Positions 27,843 to 37,100 of a DNA stretch of 64,000 bases are shown here, piece by piece. Position 1 is the stretch's first letter. Each line of letters opens with the position of its first letter. The notes under the pieces were generated by a model. It saw nothing but the letters and a program-made list of their open reading frames with translations, did not search any database and was not told where the DNA came from. The stretch is from Candidatus Krumholzibacteriia bacterium. GTDB lineage: Bacteria; Krumholzibacteriota; Krumholzibacteriia; LZORAL124-64-63. Location of the stretch: the NCBI GenBank assembly GCA_050174015.1, contig JBFXKG010000002.1, positions 32,001-96,000 on the forward strand. The letters are read 5' to 3'. Both the position numbers and the translations under genes were made by a program.

Positions 27843-29960
27843 ATGAACAGGTTCTTCAAGGTATCCCTGGCCGTCCTTCTGATCCTGGGCGTTTTGGCCG
27901 GCTGCAGCAAGAAGGCGCCCGAGGCGCCCGTCGCGGCTGTCCGGCCGCATCAGCTTCCCGCCCACGGCGACGTTCGCGTGGACGACTACTACTGGCTGAA
28001 TCAAAGGGACGACCCCGAGGTGATCGCCTATCTCGAAGCCGAGAACGAGTACCTCGATGCCATGCTGGATCACACCGAGGGCCTTCAGGACAAGCTCTTC
28101 CAGGAGATGAAGGGGCGGATCAAGAAGGACGATTCCTCGGTGCCCTATCTCAAGGACGGGTACTTCTATTACACCAGGTTCGTGGAGGGCGGGGAGTATG
28201 CTCTCCATTGCCGCCGGCCCGGCAGCATGGACGCTCCGGAACAGGTGATGCTCGATGGCAATGGAATGGCCGAAGGCCATTCCTATTTTTCCTTGCGTGG
28301 AGTCGAGGTGAGCCCCGACACGAAGCTCCTGGTCTATGCCGTCGACACCGTCGGCCGCCGGTTCTATGACCTGCACGTGAAGAACCTCGAGACGGGCGCC
28401 GAACTGTCCGACGTGATCCCGCAGGTCACGGGTAACGCGGCCTGGGCTCTGGACAACCGCACGATCTTCTATGCGAAGCAGGACCCGATCACCCTGCGCT
28501 CCTACCAGATCTGGCGCCACGAGCTGGGGAGGCCGGTGGACTCCGACGTGCTGGTCTACCAGGAGGACGACGACACGTTCACCTGCCGCATCGGTCGCTC
28601 GAAGAGCGATCGGTTCCTCTTGATCTCCTGCGACCAGACCCTCAGCACCGAGTACCGGATCCTCGAAGCTGACGATCCCACCGGCGCCTTCCGCATCTTC
28701 CAGCCCCGCATGCGCGATCTGGAATACCACGTCGATCACCAGGGCGACCGGTTCGTGATCCGCACCAACCTGGACGCCCCCAACTTCCGGCTGATGGAAT
28801 GCCCGCTCGACCGCACCGACCTGGTGACCTGGCACGAGGTGATCCCGCACCGTCCCGACGTCCTGCTGGAAAACGTGGAGGTCTTCGACCGCTGGCTGGT
28901 GACCGAGGAACGGTTCGACGGCTTGACACACGTCGTCCTGCGGCCCATGGACGGCGGGGCGTCCCACCTGCTCGAGTTCGCCGACCCCACCTGGTCGTGC
29001 TGGATCGCGAACAACCCCACAATGGATACCGACAAGCTGCGGTACGGCTACACGTCACTGACCACGCCCTGGAGCACCTACGAGTACGACATGGCGACTC
29101 GCGCTCGGACCCTGCTGAAGCAGGAGGAGGTCCTGGGAGGATTCAACTCCACAGATTACGTCGCGGAATATCTGCACGTTCCCGCCCGCGACGGCGTCCT
29201 CGTGCCCGTTTCGCTCGTGCACCGCAAGGGCATGATGAAGGATGGCTCGCATCCCCTCCTGCTGTACGCCTACGGATCGTACGGCTACAGCCAGGACGCC
29301 GGATTCAACTCCTCCGTGCTGAGCCTCCTGGACCGGGGTTTCGTCTACGCCATCGCCCACATCCGCGGGGGGCAGGAGATGGGCCGCCAGTGGTACGAGG
29401 ACGGCAAGCTGCTGAAGAAGATGAACACCTTCAACGATTTCATCGACTGCGGGCGGTTCCTCGTCGACCGCGGCTACACCGCGCCCGACAAGATGTTCGC
29501 CATGGGCGGCTCCGCAGGAGGCCTGTTGATGGGCGCGGTCGTGAACATGGCGCCCGAACTGTGGAAAGGGGTCGTCGCCCACGTGCCCTTCGTCGACGTG
29601 GTCACCACCATGCTTGACGACTCGATCCCCTTGACCACCGGCGAGTACGACGAGTGGGGCAATCCCCACGACAAGACCTCCTACGACTACATGCTCAGCT
29701 ACTCGCCCTACGACCAGGTGAAGGCGCAGGACTATCCTGCGATGCTGGTCACCACCGGCCTGCACGACAGCCAGGTGCAGTACTTCGAACCGGCCAAGTG
29801 GGTGGCGAAGCTGCGGGTGAAGAAGACCGACCTGAATCCGCTGCTGCTGAAGATCAACATGGATGCGGGCCACGGCGGCAAGTCGGGCCGTTTCCGGCGG
29901 CTGGAGGAGACGGCGCTGAGCTACGCCTTCATGCTGGACATGCTCGGAATCACGAAGTGA
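27843..29960 (+). CDS. ptrB: Oligopeptidase B (S9A), predicted lipoprotein
   Basis: 'HGDVRVDDYYWL', 'HIRGG', 'GGSAGG', 'HDSQVQYFEPAKWVAKLR', 'AGHGG'; lipobox LAG-C. Confidence 0.93.
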   Translation: MNRFFKVSLAVLLILGVLAGCSKKAPEAPVAAVRPHQLPAHGDVRVDDYYWLNQRDDPEVIAYLEAENEYLDAMLDHTEGLQDKLFQEMKGRIKKDDSSVPYLKDGYFYYTRFVEGGEYALHCRRPGSMDAPEQVMLDGNGMAEGHSYFSLRGVEVSPDTKLLVYAVDTVGRRFYDLHVKNLETGAELSDVIPQVTGNAAWALDNRTIFYAKQDPITLRSYQIWRHELGRPVDSDVLVYQEDDDTFTCRIGRSKSDRFLLISCDQTLSTEYRILEADDPTGAFRIFQPRMRDLEYHVDHQGDRFVIRTNLDAPNFRLMECPLDRTDLVTWHEVIPHRPDVLLENVEVFDRWLVTEERFDGLTHVVLRPMDGGASHLLEFADPTWSCWIANNPTMDTDKLRYGYTSLTTPWSTYEYDMATRARTLLKQEEVLGGFNSTDYVAEYLHVPARDGVLVPVSLVHRKGMMKDGSHPLLLYAYGSYGYSQDAGFNSSVLSLLDRGFVYAIAHIRGGQEMGRQWYEDGKLLKKMNTFNDFIDCGRFLVDRGYTAPDKMFAMGGSAGGLLMGAVVNMAPELWKGVVAHVPFVDVVTTMLDDSIPLTTGEYDEWGNPHDKTSYDYMLSYSPYDQVKAQDYPAMLVTTGLHDSQVQYFEPAKWVAKLRVKKTDLNPLLLKINMDAGHGGKSGRFRRLEETALSYAFMLDMLGITK

Positions 29961-29975
29961 TTCCCAGCCTCCCTG

Positions 29976-30014
29976 GAATAGCAGCGACCCCGCGCCGCGG
30001 GGTCGCTGCTATTC
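29976..30014. terminator. Long perfect hairpin between convergent genes
   Basis: GAATAGCAGCGACCCCGC-GCC-GCGGGGTCGCTGCTATTC, 18-bp stem. Confidence 0.8.
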
Positions 30015-30015
30015 A

Positions 30016-31221
30016 TCAGATGGTGGCCATTTCGGTTTCCAGCGGGAGAGTCAGGGTGAACTCGGCCCCACTGTCACGGTTGGCGACCGTCAGCGTTCCG
30101 CGGTGCTCCTCGATGATCTTGCGGCAGATGGACAGGCCCAGACCCGTGCCCACCCCTTCGGGCTTGGTGGTGAAGAATGGCTCCCAGATGGATTCGAGGG
30201 TTTCGTCGGGGATGCCCGGGCCGGAGTCGCGGACGCGGACGATCAGCTCCTCGCCTTCGATGGCGGTGCTGATGGCCAGCGTACCCTTGCCGTCCATGGC
30301 CTGGGCCGCGTTGGTGAACAGGTTCACGAACACCTGGGTCATGCGCTGGGGCTGGAGCGGCATTGACGGTTCGCCCGCCGTGAAATCCTTCTCCACCTCG
30401 ATGCCGTACTTCAACAGGTTGCGGCAAAGGAGCAGCGCCCCGTCGATGCAGCCCTCGACGGTCGCCGCCGAGGTCTCGCTGGTGTTCTTGCGGGCGAAAT
30501 TCTTCAAACCCTCGATGATCTCCAGGATGCGCTCGGTTCCCGACTGGATGTCCGCGAGCATGGAGGGGACCTCCTCGAGGATGTAGGTGATCTCCTCCCC
30601 GTCCCCGATCCCCTGTTCCAGGCAGTTCCCCAGGCAACTCTCGACCTCCGGCCAGAGATCCTTCAAGGCCTGGGCGTTGCCGGACATGAAGGCCAGGGGA
30701 TTCTTGATCTCGTGGGCCACCCCGGCCGACATGGTGCCGATGGTAGCCAGCCGGTCCTGGTGCAACAGCTGTCGCGCGCGGGCCTCGGCCAGCCGCTCCA
30801 TCTCCAGGGCGTATCGGTCCAGGGCGAGGCGGGCCCGTTTCTTCTCGATGGCGTAGCGCAGGGTGCGGCTGAGCAGCGATCCTTGCCGGACCTCCCGCTT
30901 GACCAGGAAGTCGTCGGCGCCCATGTGCATGGCCGCCATGGCCAGGTTGTCGTCCTCGCACCCGGTGAACACCACGATGGGGACGTCGGGGTCCATGGCC
31001 CGGACCCGGCTGACGGTTTCCACGCCCGTGCATTCGGGCAGGGTGAGGTCCAGGATGATGACGTCGACGGGGTGCTCGACGAGGATGGTCGCCGCGTCCC
31101 CCAGGTTGTCGCAGGCGAGGACCTCGAAGCGGTGACCGGGATCGTCCCGGAGCATCTGCTGCACCATCTTCTGGACGGTGATGCTGTCCTCGACGACCAG
31201 GACCAGGATCTGCTTTTCCAC
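30016..31221 (-). CDS. Hybrid REC-histidine kinase (REC-HisKA-HATPase), cytoplasmic
   Basis: 'VVEDS..IILDLTLP..FLVK' receiver domain; 'AHEIKNPL', 'NLFTNA', 'DSGPGI', 'PFFTTK..GTGLGL'. Confidence 0.92.
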   Translation of the reverse strand: MEKQILVLVVEDSITVQKMVQQMLRDDPGHRFEVLACDNLGDAATILVEHPVDVIILDLTLPECTGVETVSRVRAMDPDVPIVVFTGCEDDNLAMAAMHMGADDFLVKREVRQGSLLSRTLRYAIEKKRARLALDRYALEMERLAEARARQLLHQDRLATIGTMSAGVAHEIKNPLAFMSGNAQALKDLWPEVESCLGNCLEQGIGDGEEITYILEEVPSMLADIQSGTERILEIIEGLKNFARKNTSETSAATVEGCIDGALLLCRNLLKYGIEVEKDFTAGEPSMPLQPQRMTQVFVNLFTNAAQAMDGKGTLAISTAIEGEELIVRVRDSGPGIPDETLESIWEPFFTTKPEGVGTGLGLSICRKIIEEHRGTLTVANRDSGAEFTLTLPLETEMATI

Positions 31222-31433
31222 GCGGTATCCCCCTGCGGCATGCGGGCTTGAGCGGGCGCCCCGGTTGGGATCGCCATTCTCCCAGGATATCGGCAGGGAT
31301 TTCCTGTGGTTGAAGGATTGATGATGTGGGGCATGCGGTTATCTCAACGCTGGTCAAAGCGATATTATATGCACATATGGGAATGTGGTTATGTTTCTTG
31401 AAGGTGGTCTAGATCGGCGTCGTGAGGGATCAT

Positions 31434-31811
31434 TTACCTGTCCGAGGGACCACCATCCGGATTTCCACAGGATGGAGGGGTGCTGGGCTTCCCTTTCACT
31501 ATATCACTGGTTTCGCGCGCCCACACCCACGTGAGCTCGTCGGCCATGACGCGGGCGAAGCGGTCGCCGCGAGCGAGGACGGCGTCCCATTCGTCGGGCG
31601 TGTAAACGATGACGTCGGCAGGCACGGGCAGGCCGGTGGCGTCCCACTGCCGCGCGCGCTCGATGAAGGGTCGGTCGGCGTGGCTCACGATGAGCACGAG
31701 ATCCAGGTCGCTGCCCACGCCCCAGTTTCCCCTGGCGTAGGACCCGAAGTAGCCCACGCGGAGCAGGTCGGGCCATCTCAGCACGGACGAAGTCAAGGAT
31801 CGCACCGGCAT
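31434..31811 (-). pseudogene. Minimal nucleotidyltransferase (MNT antitoxin) with probable internal deletion
   Basis: 'YFGSYARG..GSDLDL..DVIVYTPDEW'. The N-terminal 'VLRWPD' joins directly to 'LLRVGYFG', with no helix between them. Confidence 0.65.
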
Positions 31812-31947
31812 GGGTCAACGCCTCGCTGCTCTGGAGGTTGCCGAAGTGTTCGAACGGGGCCCCTTCGGGGTGGCCGGTGGAATAGCGGCTGGGGACGTAG
31901 AAGTTGTCCAGGGCCATGCCGCGGTCGATGAGGCCCTCGGGCACTGC
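31765..31947 (-). pseudogene. HEPN-domain toxin remnant (3' half only)
   Basis: 'LDNFYVPSRYSTGHPEGAPFEHFG..SEALTHAGAILDFVR' is a HEPN C-terminal half. There is no N-terminal half, start codon or native stop; it overlaps the MNT start. Confidence 0.75.
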
Positions 31948-31990
31948 ACATGCTGCAGGGTTCGGACCGGTGAAGCGGGACAATTTCGAC

Positions 31991-32070
31991 TTGGCAATTG
32001 GCTGGAATAATTGACCGAGAGAGCCAAAACCCCCGTCCGGACGGGGATTTCGGTCACAAAACTGTGAAGA
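31991..32070. repeat. Palindromic ~80-bp element, copy A
   Basis: Core CCCCGT-CCGG-ACGGGG flanked by AAAAC/ATTT; aligns ungapped to 34071-34150. Confidence 0.55.
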
Positions 32071-32107
32071 TCCTGGTAGACGTCTCCCGGATGGATGTCC
32101 CCGATTC

Positions 32108-33214
32108 ATGACGGACGGCCGAAATTCCCTCGACCTGGCCTCCAGGCAAGGCCTGACGCCGGCCGAGGCCTCGCTCCACAACAATTTCGTGGTCTCAGTC
32201 AAGGCACTGCGGAAGGATCTGGTGCGGACCGTATACTACCTGCTGCAGATCAAGGAACGTCGGGTCTACCGGAAACTCGGGTTCCCGACCATGGCCGCAT
32301 ACGGGAAAGCCGCCGCCGGCCTGACCGAGCGGCAGGTCGCGGACTTCCTCGCCCTGGCCCGCCGGTTGCCACGATTTCCCGAGGTGGAAGGGGCCCTCAC
32401 GGAGGGCCGCTTGTCCTGGACCCAGGCCCAGTTGATCACCACGCGAGCGGATCCAGCGGATCAGAGCGCATGGATCGATGCCGCCCAGGACTTGACGACC
32501 CGGCAACTTCGCAGAATGCCGGCGCTTTCTGAGAAAGCGCCGGCTGCCCCTGAATCGGCCCCCGCCGAGGCGGCCGATCCTGGCAGTCCTCCCGTGCCCT
32601 CACCGTCCGGGCCGCCCCGGAAGGCGGCCATCCCGACACCAAAGGCACCCCAGCGAAAGCCGCTCCACCCCTCGGATGCGAAGCATCACGTCACCCTGGT
32701 TTTCACGGGTGAGGAGTACGCCGAGTTCTGCCGGCTGGTCGAATCCGGACAAGCAGCAGGTGCGAACACGCGCGAATCGCTCATCCTCGATGCTATGCGC
32801 GGAACGGCCCCGCCTTCGGGCGGGGCCACGCCACAGCGCTATGCCCTGATCCTCCTCCAATGTACCGCCTGCGGCGCTGCCGCATTGCCCACGCCCCGCG
32901 GCGAGATGGCGGCTTCGCCGCCGCTCCTGGCGACCGCACGCTGCGACGCCGTCGTGGAGGATCAGGACGGCCGCCGCCGGTCGGTCATTCCGCCCCGCGT
33001 CCGCCGGACGGTCCTGCGACGCGCCCGCTACGCGTGCGAGCATCCCGGTTGTTCCAACACCGGCTTTCTCGAAATCCATCACCGCGTCCCGAGCGCTCAG
33101 GGCGGCACGGACGATCCGGCGAACCTGATCGCCCTGTGCGCCCGTTGCCACCGCCGGCTGCACGAGGATGAATGGGCCGCGAGGGCGGCCCTGCGGAAAG
33201 ATCCTGCGCCCTGA
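32108..33214 (+). CDS. HNH endonuclease with DUF222-like N-terminus
   Basis: C-terminal 'CEHPGC..LEIHHRVP..GGTDDPANLIALCARCHRRLH'; N-terminal 'LARRLPRFPEVEGALTEGRLSWT'; central CxxC. Confidence 0.85.
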   Translation: MTDGRNSLDLASRQGLTPAEASLHNNFVVSVKALRKDLVRTVYYLLQIKERRVYRKLGFPTMAAYGKAAAGLTERQVADFLALARRLPRFPEVEGALTEGRLSWTQAQLITTRADPADQSAWIDAAQDLTTRQLRRMPALSEKAPAAPESAPAEAADPGSPPVPSPSGPPRKAAIPTPKAPQRKPLHPSDAKHHVTLVFTGEEYAEFCRLVESGQAAGANTRESLILDAMRGTAPPSGGATPQRYALILLQCTACGAAALPTPRGEMAASPPLLATARCDAVVEDQDGRRRSVIPPRVRRTVLRRARYACEHPGCSNTGFLEIHHRVPSAQGGTDDPANLIALCARCHRRLHEDEWAARAALRKDPAP

Positions 33215-33280
33215 GGTCGCCGGGATGGTATAATCATGGTCTGGTATCGTGGCCGCTATTCCAATTCCCGTGAGGTTATT

Positions 33281-33850
33281 ATGCGTACATTGGTGTTATT
33301 GATCACTTTGTTTTCCAGCGCATCTTTCGCCCAGATCGATCCCGGCGTCGATGGGATGGGCGTCTATTTCGACGAGAATGCCACAATCGTTTCCACGGTT
33401 TCCGACGGTGTCACCTGGGTAACCGGATATCTGATCCTAACCCATCCCTCAGAGCAAGGGGAGCTTAAGTATTTCACCGTTACCGTTGAGACATATGAAG
33501 ACCAGCTTGCCGCTTTCACGGGCTGGCCGCGTTTCGGCATCAACCAGTACACTCCCATGCCAGGTGCCAATTTCTTTGTTTTTTCAGTAGTTGCTGGCGA
33601 TGGAGAGCCTTTTTTCTTGTCGAACATCTCTGTATTGGCAGATATCGCAGTGCTTCCATTTTTCAATAGGAGGGAGATTAGATTGTACTTGGCCAACCCC
33701 AAGTATTCCATGGTCGGTCAAGATGGTCCCTTTATCACATGCGCCCAGTCTTCGGGAAGCCCTGACCTTCCGGTTGCCGTTATCGACGGCCCGGCGCCAG
33801 TGGGGGGATCTGAGATGACTTGGGGGTCGTTGAAATCCCTGTTCCATTGA
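33281..33850 (+). CDS. Secreted hypothetical protein with C-terminal TWGSLKSLF tail; lower GC
   Basis: Signal peptide MRTLVLLITLFSSASFA; GAGG upstream; visibly AT-richer codons. Confidence 0.75.
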   Translation: MRTLVLLITLFSSASFAQIDPGVDGMGVYFDENATIVSTVSDGVTWVTGYLILTHPSEQGELKYFTVTVETYEDQLAAFTGWPRFGINQYTPMPGANFFVFSVVAGDGEPFFLSNISVLADIAVLPFFNRREIRLYLANPKYSMVGQDGPFITCAQSSGSPDLPVAVIDGPAPVGGSEMTWGSLKSLFH

Positions 33851-33869
33851 TTGCCCCAAGTCATCATCA

Positions 33870-34040
33870 GGTCGACTTTTCAGGACCCTCCTCAGCGGCG
33901 AGGTCGTCCCCCAGGGCCGGCACGAGGCCATGTGGGACGGCCGGGACGAGAACGGCCGGCAAGCTGCCAGCGGGACGTACTTCTTCCGGCTTGAGGCTGG
34001 AGGGCAGGTGGAGACGAAGCGGGCGGTTCTCGTCAAATAA
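33870..34040 (+). pseudogene. Orphan fragment of a FlgD-Ig/T9SS-like C-terminal domain
   Basis: Manual translation GRLFRTLLSGEVVPQGRHEAMWDGRDENGRQAASGTYFFRLEAGGQVETKRAVLVK*. It matches the tails of the 45934 and 57993 genes but has no N-terminal part. Confidence 0.75.
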
Positions 34041-34070
34041 TGTCTGCCCCGACGGTGTCTCTGGAAATGA

Positions 34071-34150
34071 TTGGACCAATGTCTAATTAATTGTCTGAAA
34101 GACGAAAAACTGCCTCCCGGGAGGCAGTTTTCTTCCCGAATTCGTGATCA
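34071..34150. repeat. Palindromic ~80-bp element, copy B (may also terminate the amylase gene)
   Basis: Perfect 26-bp palindrome AAAACTGCCTCCCGGGAGGCAGTTTT at 34106-34131. Confidence 0.6.
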
Positions 34151-34163
34151 TCATTCTGCGATC

Positions 34164-37100
34164 TCAACCCACCAGCTTCCGGAATTCCTTCAGCCGGTAC
34201 TCCGCCTTCTTCGCAGCCTGCCGCAGCAGCGACCGCGCATCCAGCAGGGGCACCACATCGGCGGGCGCCTCGCCCGCCAGGGCCGCCACGCCCACGATCA
34301 GCAGCCAATCGTCCAGGTTCTCGGCGCTGAACCAGGTCACCCCCGCGTGCTCGTTGATGCCCAGGAAGCTGCCCGCCTCGGGGCGTTCGACGACAGAGGT
34401 CATCCACGAGGTCTTGCCCGCAGCCATGCCCACGGCGGCCTCGGGTGAGGCTGCAAGCAGCCTCGCAGCCCAGCCGGCCATGCGGGCGGCATGATCGTGG
34501 CCCAGCCACTCGCGCAGTGCGGCGTCCATGTCTTCGCCGACGAGGCTTCTGGCCTCGTCGGCCAATCCGTGCTCCGGGCTCACGGCCTCTGCCAGAACAC
34601 CCGCGAGGTACACGACCTGCAGCGCCCGGCTGTGAGGTATGGCCTCGCGCAGCGCGGCCAGTTCTTTCTGACTGCCCTTGCCCAGCTTCTCGGGGATCGG
34701 TTGCTCCATCACGCGGCGCAGCCGCAGCGCCAGCTCGCGCAATGACGCAGGGAGCACGCCGAGGACGGAGTCCTCGGCATCATCGGACTTGCCGCCACTG
34801 GTGCCATCGTCTGCAGAATCGGCCTTCGCCGGCTTCACCCCGGAAGGCCGCCCGTCGGCTTCGCCAACGGCCGGCAACGGCTTCACCCCGGAAGGCCGCC
34901 CGTCGGCTTCGCCTCCGGCGGCCACCGCCCGGCACTCGATCCACGCCAGCACCTCCGGCGCCATCCACCGGCGCACCTCCGCCAGCTGCGGTTCCAACGC
35001 ACGCCGCAGCCGCGCCCGCTGCAGATCCGGCGCCCCGCCGCCCTGCAAGCTCGCAGCCAAGCCCGCCCACTCCCCATCGCCGCCTTCCAGACGGCGAATC
35101 CCCAGGAACGCCCGGTACTGGTATCCATGCAGCGTGGTGTGCAGGCCGTGCTCGCACAGATCGCGGCCGGTGCGCAGGTACTGAAGGCCGTCGGCGTGGT
35201 CGAACAGCGCGTACCACACGCCCGGCGAGCAATCCAGCGCGAGGGCTTCGGCGATCGACACCTGGCGCAGGGAGGGGTCGTCCGCCGACCCGCGGTTGAT
35301 CGCGGACGAGAGACGGATGCGCCCGCTGGTCGATTCGTACGCGTTGTTGTAGATGATCAGGACGCGCTGATCGCCCTGGCCGTTGGCGTAGGCGAAGACG
35401 TTCTCGTCCACCCAGCCCTGGTCGTGCTCGAAGTCGAACAGCGCGAAGTTCTCCGCGCCGCTGAACAGGTGGCGGCGGCGCATGAGGGGGAAGATCTCGC
35501 GCTCGTGGCGGCGCACCATGTCCTGGTCGATCTGCTCGTCCCAGTACGCCTTGCGGTACTCCATGCCGTACTTCTCGGTGAAGCCCTCGATCTGGCCGTG
35601 GCCGATCATGGGCAGGCCGGGCAGGGTCACCATCAGCACCATGCAGCCGAAGTACTTGTCGCCGCGGCCGAACTGCTCGACGGCGGTGCGCTCGTCCGGG
35701 TTGTTCATGAAGTTCACGAAGCGCTGCAGGATGCCGGGACTGAACTCCAGCACGTTCTTCAGCGTCTGCCGGTACTTCTGGTTGTCCTCCATCTTGAGCA
35801 TGTTCATGAACGCCGAGTTGTACACGCGGTGCATGCCCAGGGTGCGGACGAAGTAGCCCTCCATCAGCCAGAACGCCTCGGCCAGCAGCAGGGTGTCGGG
35901 CGCCTCGGCGGCCACGCGGTCGACCACCTCGCGCCAGAACTCGACGGGGAAGGCGCGGTCGAACTCCTCGCGGGTCATGCCGTGTTCGGCGCGCGAGGGG
36001 ATGGCCCCGGCGTCCCCGGGCAGCGGGAACCACAGGCGCTGGTAGTGCTTCTTCGCGAGGGTCATGGCCGCGTCGAAGCGGATGATGGGGAAGCGCCGCG
36101 CCACGTCCAGGATCACGCGCGTGACGGCCTCGCGCACCTCCGGCAGCAGGAAGTTCAGCTGCGCGGTGTCGTTCCAGGGCATGCTCGTGCCGTCGTTGCC
36201 GTGGTAGATGTAGCGCGCATGGCCGGTGCGCTCGTCGACGCGCTGGAACACCACCGCGGCGTCGCGGTGGCTCCAGTAGCCGTCCTCGATGCGCACGCCC
36301 ACCCCGGGCGTGTGGCTCAGGTTCTCGCAGGTGAACTTGTAGCCGGGGTAGGGGGGATGCTCCAGCTGCAGGAAGTACTCGGGATGTTCGTCCACCCAGC
36401 GGCTGTCGATGCCCATGTGGTTGGGCACCATGTCCGAGGCCAGCTTGATGCCCCGGCGGCCGGCGCGCTCGCTCAGGTTGCGCCAGGCGTCCTCGCCGCC
36501 CAGGTCCCAGGCGATGGCGTATTCCTTCAGGGAATAGGCGCTGGCCGCGGCCTCGGGATTGCCCATCCACTGCTTGATCGTGCGCGAGGCGGTCGAGCGC
36601 TCCCACAGGCCGATCAGCCACAGGCCGTTGACGCCCCAGCGCGCCAGGCGGTCCAGTTCCTCGTCGGGGATGTCGGCCAGGGTGCGGATGGGCCGCCCGT
36701 ACCAGCGCGACAGCTGGTCCAGCCACACGTACACCGACTTGGCCATGAGCACGACGTTGGCCATCCAGTCGGCGTCGCGGCTGAAGGCTTCGGGTTCGGG
36801 GTACTCGCCCAGCCAGCCGGGGGTGCCGGGGCCGAATTCCAGCACCGGCGGCGGCCCGTAGGCGGCCAGACGGTGGGCGTCGATCTCCTTCAGGACGTCC
36901 AGGGCGAACTGCAGGCTTCGCACCAGCTCGTCTGGCAAGAGGTGGGACCAGTGGTCGCGTATGTACGCGATCTGGCCCGACAGCGAATCCGGACTCGCCA
37001 GCATCGGCGCCCTCAAAAGATGGAACAACGACGTGCCCAGGCTGCCGTGCGGTTCGAATTCCTCCAGATACTCCTCGAGTCCGGTCACGAAAGGCAGGAA

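Noticed and set aside
31992..32006. sigma54 promoter TGGCA...GA upstream of the HNH gene
   Set aside because: The -12 element deviates from TTGC; too weak to support.
32108..33214. HNH protein as IscB/Cas9-like RNA-guided nuclease
   Set aside because: No PLMP or split RuvC motifs; the HNH is C-terminal, as in DUF222-type proteins.
34830..34913. 36-bp direct repeats as a mini CRISPR array
   Set aside because: Only two copies with a 12-bp spacer, in frame within a CDS, and no cas genes in the window.
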